From an uncultured virus (IMG/VR IMGVR_UViG_3300003690_000005) (taxonomy: Duplodnaviria; Heunggongvirae; Uroviricota; Caudoviricetes): a DNA stretch of 64,000 nt. Below, piece by piece: positions 19,068-28,349 of the stretch (positions are counted from its first letter, which is position 1; the number at the start of each line of letters is the position of its first letter). The stretch lies in IMG/VR virus record IMGVR_UViG_3300003690_000005; one strand, written 5' to 3'. Made by a program: the position numbers and the translations under genes. The notes under the pieces are model-generated. The model was not told where the DNA came from, ran no database searches, and saw only the letters and a list, made by a program, of their open reading frames with translations.

Positions 19068-20180
19068 ATGATTTATGGTTTATGCGATATTGCACAGATT
19101 GAAAGTGATTATAAGCAAGTTTGCGAACAGATAGAACACACATCGAGTCTGGATGGAGTAATAATTAAATTACATAAATATACAATATCTGATAGTTTAA
19201 TACATATTTGTAATTTTCTTAAAGAACACAAAATAGATATTATCATTGGTATCCAAGTTACTCATCACAGAAAGAAAAAAGAGAATTTCTCACATGCTGA
19301 AAATTTTATTGAAGAAATTAAAAATATAACAAACAAAGTGTGTTTAGGCAACACAAGACTTATAGAATGGGTCGGGAATGGTGGCACCGCGAGAAGATAT
19401 AACGAGTTAGCAAAAAAAACAGGTGTTGAGTGGATATGTCCTTTTACTCATAAATCTCTTTGTTGCGATTATAGAGCAAAAGGGGGAGCATCAACATATT
19501 TAGGAGAACATAGCATTACCATATGTTGTTATTGCGGATATGTGTTGGCAGGTTATTTATGGGATGATTATTTAATACCGAGTTTATGGGGAACAACACT
19601 TAGATATAGGAACCTATATGAGCAGTTTGGCTTAACAGTAGAAGGATTCTCAAAGTTTTTAGAACCTTTAAACATTATATCAGGAGTAGGAGGGCAACCA
19701 GGTATTATTGCAGGGTCTATTCCATATCTAAAGCGTTTAAATTTTAAAGGTGTTGTCTGCTCTATTCCTTTTAATGTTGAAGGGTTAGAGAATACGAAAG
19801 TTTATGATCAACCTGTTGACAAGCCAGCAACTTGTGGTCCTTTGCCAGATGAGAACGGATATTATACATTTAAAAGACCTGCTCGTATAAAACCGAAAAA
19901 TGAAACTCTGGAAATTGAATTAGAATCTTTATTTATAGATAATTCTTTTTTGGATGATTTTATATTATTGTTTGGATTTAAGAGAGATAAGAGGTGGCAG
20001 AATGTTATTAAATCATTAAATTTTAAAAAAATACAAGAAATGTTAGAAAAGTATAGAGAAGGTTATGACATAACAGTTCATTGCAAAGGTGTAAGAGTAA
20101 ATTTACTAGATTTGTGGCAATGTACAAATGTATATTCATATGATTGGACTTGTTTTGAAAATTTGTTTAAAAAGGATTAA
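19068..20180 (+). CDS. Hypothetical protein, tandem paralog B
   Basis: Shares LGNTRLIEWVGN, CYCGY(I/V)LAGYLWDD and LLDLWQCTN with paralog A. Confidence 0.75.
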   Translation: MIYGLCDIAQIESDYKQVCEQIEHTSSLDGVIIKLHKYTISDSLIHICNFLKEHKIDIIIGIQVTHHRKKKENFSHAENFIEEIKNITNKVCLGNTRLIEWVGNGGTARRYNELAKKTGVEWICPFTHKSLCCDYRAKGGASTYLGEHSITICCYCGYVLAGYLWDDYLIPSLWGTTLRYRNLYEQFGLTVEGFSKFLEPLNIISGVGGQPGIIAGSIPYLKRLNFKGVVCSIPFNVEGLENTKVYDQPVDKPATCGPLPDENGYYTFKRPARIKPKNETLEIELESLFIDNSFLDDFILLFGFKRDKRWQNVIKSLNFKKIQEMLEKYREGYDITVHCKGVRVNLLDLWQCTNVYSYDWTCFENLFKKD

Positions 20181-20207
20181 GGCGATTAAATAAGCAAATA
20201 GTAACTT

Positions 20208-20702
20208 ATGGCATCGATAGATAATGTTTTAACTGGACAGCATATAGTCACCACCTCTGACGATGCGTTAGAAATTGTCTATAGCATTAATAACGAGTTT
20301 AAACAATCTGCCACTCAATATGTTTTACAGGGGATACCTCTGACATTACATGAAGATGGCAACGCTCATTATGCGTTGGCTGTGGTGGTTGTAGGAGTCG
20401 TTGGTGACACTATAGACGACAGACCTGATTTTTTCTTTGATGGGCTTTATTTAAGAGCAGTTCGGGTGGGTGATGAACGATATTTCCCAGTTACCGAGAT
20501 GCCAACAGCAAGTAAATCTTTTGCTACATCTGTTTTTAAATCAGGCATAGGTTTATCAGCAAATTCGACTAATAATTTAATTTGTACTAAAATCACTACA
20601 ATTGTAAACTTTGACGAAGAAACAGATTGTTTGATAGGTGGTATGCCTATAAGAGTAGGTAGGTCAGGCGACAATTGGTATCTAATGGTTCGAGAATTAT
20701 AA
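20208..20702 (+). CDS. Hypothetical protein, possibly virion-associated
   Basis: AAAGG-N32-ATG upstream; beta-rich sequence. Confidence 0.65.
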   Translation: MASIDNVLTGQHIVTTSDDALEIVYSINNEFKQSATQYVLQGIPLTLHEDGNAHYALAVVVVGVVGDTIDDRPDFFFDGLYLRAVRVGDERYFPVTEMPTASKSFATSVFKSGIGLSANSTNNLICTKITTIVNFDEETDCLIGGMPIRVGRSGDNWYLMVREL

Positions 20703-21575
20703 TTTCACAGTATCTGGATTAAAATAGATATTATTTACAAGATTCATATATTGCATAATTTTTTGATTCCACAAAAATCCCATTCTACTATCTGACGGAT
20801 ATTTTCTAGATCTTCTGAGATGGGCACCAAACAACTTATCATCTAAAAAGAATTCATGCATTACATTGCTTCCTGACTTTGCTTTTTTAGCCATCCATTT
20901 TTGCATTTTTTCTGGTCCAAAATTAATTAAAATAGCTTTTCTTTGTTGTCTTTTTGCAAAAGGAACTATTTTATTGAGGACATATCCTTGATATCCTGCT
21001 TGTTTATATGCGCGGGGCATTTGCCATCCAGTTTCTAAAAGAAATTTATCTCCTTCGTTGTGTCCGAAAATTTCTGCTGATTCTTGGTTTTCTAAAATTG
21101 TTGTGCAAACAGATGGATCTTTGTCTGTTCCTTGGTATAAATTGATATCTAAAGAATCAAATATTTTTCTGTCAAACAAAGAAAAGACCACACAAGGAAA
21201 ATTTTGGTAGCACTCTTTCTCGTAGTTTAACCCCCATTCGAATCCCACAATTGGAGTTTTATCTGATAGTTTTTTAAGAAGCAAATCGTCCCATGATTTT
21301 AGTAATATAGAAACATCTACATCACAGATAATAGTATAAGGAGATTTAGTTGTTTTGAGTCCTTCATAAAGACATGCAGCATGTCTATATCCTGATGAGG
21401 ATGCAGTTTTTGGTTTTTCTATTCTTGTGAATATTTTAGGAATTTTACAATCATCTAGCGCAACACAAAACCAATTAATTTGATGTTTATTGCTTTTTAA
21501 TAATTCTGCTGTTCCTACAAGCGTTCTAGCATATCCAGACGTTCTTTTGTCACAAACGGTGATAATATCAATCAT
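20697..21575 (-). CDS. GT-A fold glycosyltransferase-like, paralog 1
   Basis: H..CL..GL....SPYTIICDVD (DxD); paralog of 22287..23171. Confidence 0.6.
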   Translation of the reverse strand: MIDIITVCDKRTSGYARTLVGTAELLKSNKHQINWFCVALDDCKIPKIFTRIEKPKTASSSGYRHAACLYEGLKTTKSPYTIICDVDVSILLKSWDDLLLKKLSDKTPIVGFEWGLNYEKECYQNFPCVVFSLFDRKIFDSLDINLYQGTDKDPSVCTTILENQESAEIFGHNEGDKFLLETGWQMPRAYKQAGYQGYVLNKIVPFAKRQQRKAILINFGPEKMQKWMAKKAKSGSNVMHEFFLDDKLFGAHLRRSRKYPSDSRMGFLWNQKIMQYMNLVNNIYFNPDTVKL

Positions 21576-21651
21576 ATTAGCGTATCGGTTAAATTAGAAA
21601 TTAACTTTATTTAATAAAGGTCTATTCGTTCAATTCTTGTAATTGAAAGCC

Positions 21652-22290
21652 ATGGAGCCGAACAATGTAACAATAGACGAGTTGGCGAAATTTTATGGAA
21701 CAGATAAAAGTTCATCTACACACCGTTATACAAAGTATTATCAGAAATATATCGGGGATTGGGTAAATAAGAATCTTAATATATTAGAAATAGGAATGGG
21801 TCATGGTCAGTCAATAAATATGTGGCTGGATTATTTTCGCAACGCGACTGTTTGTTGTTTAGACATAGAGTATGTTAAGGACAAACAATGGAGGTTTATT
21901 CAAAAAGAATTTAAAGATCGATTTGTCGGAGTAGAAGGAGACCAGTCAGATTCTACAGTGTTACAGAAGATTGTCACAGAACAAGGAAAGTTTCATATTA
22001 TTATTGACGATGGTTCACATATATACAGAGATCAACAGATATCGTTGGGTTTTTTATTTCCATTTGTACAGACAGGAGGTTTTTATATTATTGAAGATCT
22101 ACATGTTAAAGTAGACAGAAGCAATAGGAAAAAGAATGCACAGACCCACACGCTATTACGTCGTCTGGTGAAGCACGGTAAAATTGACGTAAAGACGAAA
22201 CTAAAAGACCATGAACGCAAATTTATCGAGGAACACACAAAGTCGTGTTATGTGTGGAATAAAAAAATCGGATTTATAGAAAAAAGCTAA
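21652..22290 (+). CDS. Class I SAM-dependent (sugar O-)methyltransferase
   Basis: YGTDKS..HRY, ILEIGMG, DQSD, IIIDDGSH, GGFYIIEDL. Confidence 0.85.
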   Translation: MEPNNVTIDELAKFYGTDKSSSTHRYTKYYQKYIGDWVNKNLNILEIGMGHGQSINMWLDYFRNATVCCLDIEYVKDKQWRFIQKEFKDRFVGVEGDQSDSTVLQKIVTEQGKFHIIIDDGSHIYRDQQISLGFLFPFVQTGGFYIIEDLHVKVDRSNRKKNAQTHTLLRRLVKHGKIDVKTKLKDHERKFIEEHTKSCYVWNKKIGFIEKS

Positions 22291-23171
22291 ATAATATCGT
22301 TCTTTTTGTATTTTTTCTTAAAATATAATTTTACATTATTCGTCCACATCTGTCCCACCTTAGTGTTAAGCAAATATTTTCTTGAGCGTCTTAAATGGGT
22401 TGCAAATAATCTATCGTCTAGGTAAAACTCATGCATAATATGATTGCCAATTTTTCTTGCCACCCACCTTTTTCTGGTGCGGTAGGGATAATCGCTTTTA
22501 CTAATATCTGGTTCATCCCATGGGATTTGTGCTTTTTTCTCGAAAGGACAAACTTTTTTTAAACAATGTCCTTGGTATCCTGCTCTCTTATAACAATAAG
22601 GCAATTGCCAGCCAGTTTCTAATATAAATTTCTTACCAGTGGGTCTGCCGAAGATTTCTGCTAAACGTTTATTTTTAATCTGTCTCGTATGAAGATGTGG
22701 ATCTCTGTGAGTGCCTTGGTGCAAATCAACATTTAATTTCTTGGCAATATCACTTTTAAATAATGAGAAAGTAATGCAGGGAAAATTCTGATAACATTCT
22801 TTTTCAAACTCGCCTCCCCATTCAAACCCCACAACAGCAACATCTACAGTAAGTTTACTGATCAGTTTATCATCCCAGTCGTGAGTAAGTATCATAACAT
22901 CAGCGTCTGAGAATAAGGTATAAGGGGCAGTTGATGTAGCCAAGCCACTCATTAAACCTTCAGAATGAACAATGCCTGTCTCGTATGCACTAACTTCTAA
23001 GTCAAGAGCTTTTGTAAAACCTTTAGGAACTTTTCTACATTTCGCTGTCGTTACAGCAAGCCAATTAATATTATGTTTTCCGCTTTTAAAATATTCACCT
23101 GTTTTTCGCAGCAGATTTGCGTATTCGTCTGCTCCTTTGCCCAAAACTACAATAACATCAATTTCACTCAT
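22287..23171 (-). CDS. GT-A fold glycosyltransferase-like, paralog 2
   Basis: HSEGL...YTLFSDAD; shares EKECYQNFPC and HLRRSRKY with paralog 1. Confidence 0.6.
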   Translation of the reverse strand: MSEIDVIVVLGKGADEYANLLRKTGEYFKSGKHNINWLAVTTAKCRKVPKGFTKALDLEVSAYETGIVHSEGLMSGLATSTAPYTLFSDADVMILTHDWDDKLISKLTVDVAVVGFEWGGEFEKECYQNFPCITFSLFKSDIAKKLNVDLHQGTHRDPHLHTRQIKNKRLAEIFGRPTGKKFILETGWQLPYCYKRAGYQGHCLKKVCPFEKKAQIPWDEPDISKSDYPYRTRKRWVARKIGNHIMHEFYLDDRLFATHLRRSRKYLLNTKVGQMWTNNVKLYFKKKYKKNDII

Positions 23172-23600
23172 ATATGTTTATTCGACGAAAATTTTCACTC
23201 TTCCTTATAACTCCAGAAGTTTTTGGTGCAGTTTAGTTTTACCGTGCGTCGTTTGACATTCCACTTTAACATTGTATAGGAGACTCTATTATGGATGTCA
23301 CAGAAATTGTTATAGGTGTTGCCGGGAGTGTGGCAGTTACTATTCCATTCTGTTTGTGTTTGGTGTTACTGTGGTTTGCAGGGAAGGGTGTGTATGTCAA
23401 GGCAGAGCAGGACCAGTTGTAGTAAGAGCAGGTCCAAGTGGTTTTGTTTTTGTAATGATGATTGTTGGCACTTTTGTAATTATTGCGTTTGTTCTTATCA
23501 TCTTTCGTTCAGCAATGAGATAAAACAATGCGTATCGCCGCAACTGACTACTTTGTTTCTGTTTACCTGTTTAAAAACGACGGACAAGGAAATTTCACCA

Positions 23601-24278
23601 ATGAATGACATCCAAAACCCTAAAACTTGGAAAAGCCTGAAGGTAGGCGATATAATTTCTCTCAAGGATGAACAAACTATCGCAGACTTAATGGGAAATA
23701 AAGATGATCGGGCTTTAGAGGGTATTGATTTAGAAATTGATGAGATCAAACTGATTGAAATCAAAAACGTTGATTTAGAATTTCTCCTGTTTGAATTTAC
23801 AGCAGCAAGTTTAGACAAATATCAAGTTGCTATTACTTTATTGGTTAAAATTGTTGATGATAAACACATGGATGTAAGAGCTTATTTTCCGCCTGATGAT
23901 TTTAATCCAGACAACAGACAATCTTTATTTGATGAAGGTTGTTTATGGCTATTTGAAGAACCAGAAAACACTGATAATTTGATTCTATCTGAATTAGAGT
24001 TTGCTGATGAGTTTGTCAATGAGTCGCCAGATGGACAGCAAATTACTTTCAAGAAAAAGGGATTGACTTTCTTTGGTGAAAATTCTGAACATTCTATGGT
24101 GCAAGTTACAGAGTGGCTTGCAGATACAGAATGCACTAATCCTGAGGCCATTGCCATTGAATATGGTGGATTAAATAGTGAAGGGAATTTAATTGACGAG
24201 GGCGGTTATATTGTTTTTCTACAAGGCGAAACAATAGGCAATATTACCTCAGATATTGAACTTCTCCAGCAGGCGTGA
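23601..24278 (+). CDS. Acidic hypothetical protein of the pspA-associated cluster
   Basis: Start revised to MNDIQN (AAGGA SD); lies upstream of pspA. Confidence 0.65.
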   Translation: MNDIQNPKTWKSLKVGDIISLKDEQTIADLMGNKDDRALEGIDLEIDEIKLIEIKNVDLEFLLFEFTAASLDKYQVAITLLVKIVDDKHMDVRAYFPPDDFNPDNRQSLFDEGCLWLFEEPENTDNLILSELEFADEFVNESPDGQQITFKKKGLTFFGENSEHSMVQVTEWLADTECTNPEAIAIEYGGLNSEGNLIDEGGYIVFLQGETIGNITSDIELLQQA

Positions 24279-24327
24279 ACAAGAGTTATATGTACTGTCC
24301 AGAAACCCTTACCAAGGAGTCCATTTA

Positions 24328-24816
24328 ATGGAAACTCAAATGATTGGAAACTTAGCACAAGCCTGTGATGCAGCATTAGATCTTGGGCATGACGCTCAGA
24401 TCAAGGAAGGTGCGTTGATCGTACCTGTAGGTGGGTCAGAACACCCATTTGTAGCAGCACTTATAATTTCCGAAGACGGAAAAACATTAAGTGTTAATTG
24501 TCAGATTGCTAAAGTGGGACAACTGCAAAAAGATGAAGATGGTGAAATCAGCAAAGCTTTTCTTTATGCAGCGGTTGAGTCTGGTTCTCGTACATCTCCA
24601 TACTCAATTACTATTTTGAGCGATCAAGATGATGCTGATATGGGTGGAGATGAGAACGAATGGCCAGTTGTTCTCCAAAACTCTATCCCGCTTGTTGGCG
24701 ACTTTACTTCTCGTGAACTTGAAGCGGCTCTTGATGGACTTAGAGAAGCGTTAGTTACTGCTTCTGATATCTTGTCTATTGGTTTAGGCAAAACTAAAAT
24801 CGAAGAAACAGCTTGA
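24328..24816 (+). CDS. YjfI/T3SS-chaperone-fold-like protein
   Basis: AAGGAG SD; size, pattern and pspA neighbourhood resemble yjfI-yjfJ. Confidence 0.45.
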   Translation: METQMIGNLAQACDAALDLGHDAQIKEGALIVPVGGSEHPFVAALIISEDGKTLSVNCQIAKVGQLQKDEDGEISKAFLYAAVESGSRTSPYSITILSDQDDADMGGDENEWPVVLQNSIPLVGDFTSRELEAALDGLREALVTASDILSIGLGKTKIEETA

Positions 24817-25186
24817 CAACTCCCACTAAAAACGTAGGATTCTTCCTTCACAGCATCCTTTTACACAAAACCGGAGTTTTGTATCATGAGACAAGGACTA
24901 CTCCAGAAGATCACTGGGCCTGTCCGACCCTGAATAACTAAATTTAGCCTCTTAAATATTGTGCTTGGTTGTCGCACTAGAATACTCACAATTAAGGAGT
25001 ATACAATGATTGGAAACTTTTACAGGTTTTATACTCTGAAAGAAAATCAAATAAGTGATTTTTTACAGAGCAACCATCAGCCTGATTTAGATGTCAAAGA
25101 ACTAACTATATTATCGACATAACAATATAAATTCCTTCAATGAAATTAAGAATTGTTCAATCCATCCTACGAATGAATTCGTGAGC
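24813..25186 (-). mobile_element. IS200/IS605-family non-autonomous remnant, copy 1
   Basis: TTGAC-AACTCCCACTAAAAACGTAGGATTC end; CTACGAATGAATTCGTGAG hairpin at the other end; 25-bp block identical to copy 2. Confidence 0.6.
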
Positions 25187-25235
25187 AACAGCGTAAGCGT
25201 ATTACAATCTAACTTAAACAAAGGAGTTCACTACA

Positions 25236-25907
25236 ATGCCAAGTTTATTAAAAGCAATCCGTAATAGTTTCAGAGCAAAGAAAGACCAAGCCGCAGCAGC
25301 TTTAGGTGATAACGTTCGAGATGGTAAATTCGCCATCGAAGATTCTGAGAAGCAAGTGCAAAATTTGTCTGCGGCTATTAGGACAGCACGGTCGAATGCC
25401 ATTCAAATTGAATCTCGTCTAAAAGCAGCAAAAGAAGAGGCAAAAAAGTACGGCAACCTAGCCAAACAGGCCGCTGGGGCTGGTAACAAAGACGATGTTG
25501 CTGAGGCAATTACAAAGAAAAACACAGCAGAACAACGTGCCAAACAACTTGAGACTCAAGTTAAAATAAACAATGCTCAGATTGACAATAACCGCAAAAC
25601 ACTTGAGCAGTCGAAAAATAAAATTGCAAGCGCTAAGAGCGATCATTCTATTCTCGCAGCAAGAAAAGAATCCGCAAATGCCCGAAAAGCTCTTGCTTCA
25701 ACATCAGCTTCGTTTGATTCTGACAAGAATCCACTTGCGGCTCTTGATGATTTAAAGAAATCTGTTGAAGCAGATAAAGCAGAAGCTCAAGCGTATGAGG
25801 AAGAGGCTGGTGTTGGCGAAACGACGTTGGAAGATAAGTATGGCAGTGCAGGCGATTCTTCAGTAGACGATGAGGTAGAAAAATTGATGGCAGCAGCGAA
25901 GAAATAG
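25236..25907 (+). CDS. pspA: PspA/IM30 family protein
   Basis: 223-aa coiled coil; A..AG..D.V.EAI..K; C-terminal LEDKY..SSVDDEVEKL. Confidence 0.85.
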   Translation: MPSLLKAIRNSFRAKKDQAAAALGDNVRDGKFAIEDSEKQVQNLSAAIRTARSNAIQIESRLKAAKEEAKKYGNLAKQAAGAGNKDDVAEAITKKNTAEQRAKQLETQVKINNAQIDNNRKTLEQSKNKIASAKSDHSILAARKESANARKALASTSASFDSDKNPLAALDDLKKSVEADKAEAQAYEEEAGVGETTLEDKYGSAGDSSVDDEVEKLMAAAKK

Positions 25908-25934
25908 TTGCCTTTTTAATAAGATCCTCCAAAC

Positions 25935-25972
25935 GGGAGGTACAGGGGCTAAAAATCCTGTGCCTCCTTTTT
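25935..25972 (+). terminator. Rho-independent terminator
   Basis: GGAGGTACAGG...CCTGTGCCTCC-TTTTT. Confidence 0.7.
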
Positions 25973-25986
25973 AAAAGATGTAGGAC

Positions 25987-26754
25987 ATGACGCAGCAAAA
26001 AAAATACGCTGACTTTTTCCCTTACCTAGACAATATTATTCGTCCGTTGGTTTGGTATAGCGTTATTGTCTATATTGTTGAGATCACAACAGGGTCTGAA
26101 CGTAGCTTGACAGGACATCCTTTCTTTCTATGGTCAGAAAGAATTGTTGCTTGCGTCTTTACCTTTGAATATCTTATTAGATGGTATCGAGATAATGGGA
26201 TAAAAGTATCTGGTTATCCGAAGTCTGCTTTGGGTATTATAGATTTGTTGTCTGTTCTGCCATTTTGGGTAGGTTTTGCTGTTCCTGTTTCATGGTTGCC
26301 TATCATTCGTGCAACGCGGATACTTCGACTTTTAAAGTATTTTCGTTATAGCAGATCTCTCCAGTTAGTTGCTTTAGGTTTTTATAGAACATTGCCACAA
26401 TTAAAAGCACTGGGGTTTGCGATGTTTATTGTAGGGTTGTTTTGTGCTGTAGCGGTATATGAAGCAGAAAGACATGCTCAGCCAGAACAATATAATAATT
26501 TATTCAGTGCCATATGGTTTACCATTGTTAGTGCCTCGACCGTTGGATATGGAGATATTTCTCCAATTACACTGTTAGGCAGGGGAATTACCATAATCAT
26601 GCTCGTGGTTACACTGGCCCTTTTTGGTGGAATTATTGGAACTTTAGGTAGTTCTTTTGCAAAGGTGCTAGAAGAAGAGGCTGATCCTACTATTGACCCT
26701 ATTGCGTTGTTCACAAAAGAAAAAACAAAAAGAAAGAAGAAAAACCATGATTAA
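25987..26754 (+). CDS. Voltage-gated-type potassium channel (6TM)
   Basis: TVGYGD filter; S4-like RATRILRLLKYFR; IIDLLSVLPF. Confidence 0.92.
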   Translation: MTQQKKYADFFPYLDNIIRPLVWYSVIVYIVEITTGSERSLTGHPFFLWSERIVACVFTFEYLIRWYRDNGIKVSGYPKSALGIIDLLSVLPFWVGFAVPVSWLPIIRATRILRLLKYFRYSRSLQLVALGFYRTLPQLKALGFAMFIVGLFCAVAVYEAERHAQPEQYNNLFSAIWFTIVSASTVGYGDISPITLLGRGITIIMLVVTLALFGGIIGTLGSSFAKVLEEEADPTIDPIALFTKEKTKRKKKNHD

Positions 26755-27331
26755 GTATTTTTGTGATATTTGTGATAAGCAATTAACAGGTGCTGGTAAA
26801 AAACAGCAATTTTTCAAGATCATCGTTTAGATTTCCATGCAAAAAATTACACTATGCAGATAAGTTTTAAGTTTGATGGTTCGCACCCTATTAGTGGACC
26901 ATCTGAACATATATTATGTGCTCCATGTTTTGACAGATTAATTACTGAAGGTGTTCAAAACAGAAGCAAGGAGATAGAAGAAAATGACATAACATAACAG
27001 CAGAAAAACTTGGGATAAGGAAAAGAAGAGAACAATTTGTTTCAAGAAAGGGAACAACCATGGTGGAAGAAGGTTCGCAACTTGTTGTGAAGTTTAAACC
27101 AAGGCAAAATAATATAGAAATAGAAACACAAGTAAAAGGAAACAAATCAGCAACTAATATGCCGTTTAAACAATTTGCTCGTGATGTTGATGCAATAGAA
27201 GATTCGGCACAAGAGATTATTATAGGCAACCAAACTATTAGACTGGGTGCCAACAATCCTCAGTCTAAAGGAGTTATTGCTTATTTACGAACTGTGTTGC
27301 AACAAACGAGAAGGCTAAAGAAGTCTTCTCT

Positions 27332-27688
27332 TTAGTATCGGTGAGAACTTCGCCACCGGCGTCCACGGTATCCATGGTCACGATGTCCATGGTGCCGTGG
27401 GGGTCCGTGGTATCTATGGTCACGATGTCCATGGTGCCGATGATGTCGATGATGTCCATGATGTCGTGGTGATCTGCCAAAGTCAATAATTACAACAAAT
27501 CTAGTTTCACTGCGACTTGTATAACAAGGGGATAGGCTCAGGGATGCATGTCCAGTGGTTCTGTGTCTATTGATTTCTACTGCTTGTGGTTTATGAGGAC
27601 CACGACGACCACGGTGATTTTGAGCAAATGCTGTGTTGCTCACAAGCAACATAACAAGAATTACAGTCGTAGCGATAATCCATTTCAT
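27332..27688 (-). CDS. Secreted His/Arg/Gly-rich low-complexity protein
   Basis: Signal peptide ending AFA-Q; HHGHR repeats; SD. Confidence 0.7.
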   Translation of the reverse strand: MKWIIATTVILVMLLVSNTAFAQNHRGRRGPHKPQAVEINRHRTTGHASLSLSPCYTSRSETRFVVIIDFGRSPRHHGHHRHHRHHGHRDHRYHGPPRHHGHRDHGYRGRRWRSSHRY

Positions 27689-27797
27689 TGAAATGCTCCT
27701 TTCTTATAGAAAACGTTTATCCTCTACATATTATTCCATTTTTACACGCAAAATCTTTTAAAAGGTTTTTGTTTGTAAAATTAATAAATAATTAGAT

Positions 27798-28349
27798 ATG
27801 ATGCTTAAAAAAGTGGGAAGTTGGATTTCTACTAGCACAGCTATAGCGGCTGCTTTAGCTGTTCTTGCTTTTATAGGGAAAGAGGCATGGTTCATGCACG
27901 CAGATGTTGCTACAATGAAAAGTGTTATCACTGAAGAAAAAATCACTGAATGGAAAACAAGTATTGCAACAGTAAAAACTCTTGTTGAAAGAATGGACAA
28001 AGAAAACGATGCGCAGTGGATACTTTTAAGAAACATTGATGGAAAAATTGAAGAGATTGCGATTCCTGTAGAAGTGATGGAGAAATTAAATACTAATCTT
28101 ATTTTGCCATTTATAGTCAACAGTGCAAGCAAAGATCCAGCTTATTCTATGTATTCCATGTCACCTATGTTAGAAAACATGGAAGCGACAGAAAAAACAG
28201 AAGGAGCAAATGGCAACGGAGAGGCAATCAAAGAACTAAAGGAAACCGTGAATACGGCAAAAGAAGTAATCAGGCGTCCTAGAGTCAAAAAGCCAGTACA
28301 AGAATTTAAAGAAGCATATCTACAACAGCAAGAGCAAATCAAGAAATGA
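27798..28349 (+). CDS. Membrane-anchored coiled-coil protein heading the MNWY operon
   Basis: N-terminal TM; AAAGG-N32-ATG upstream; ATGA overlap with the next gene. Confidence 0.7.
   Translation: MMLKKVGSWISTSTAIAAALAVLAFIGKEAWFMHADVATMKSVITEEKITEWKTSIATVKTLVERMDKENDAQWILLRNIDGKIEEIAIPVEVMEKLNTNLILPFIVNSASKDPAYSMYSMSPMLENMEATEKTEGANGNGEAIKELKETVNTAKEVIRRPRVKKPVQEFKEAYLQQQEQIKK

Noticed and set aside
23272..23600. Cys-rich N-terminal extension of 23316..24278 and overlapping small ORFs
   Set aside because: Frames are ambiguous and the SD supports 23601; a small membrane ORF here could not be resolved.
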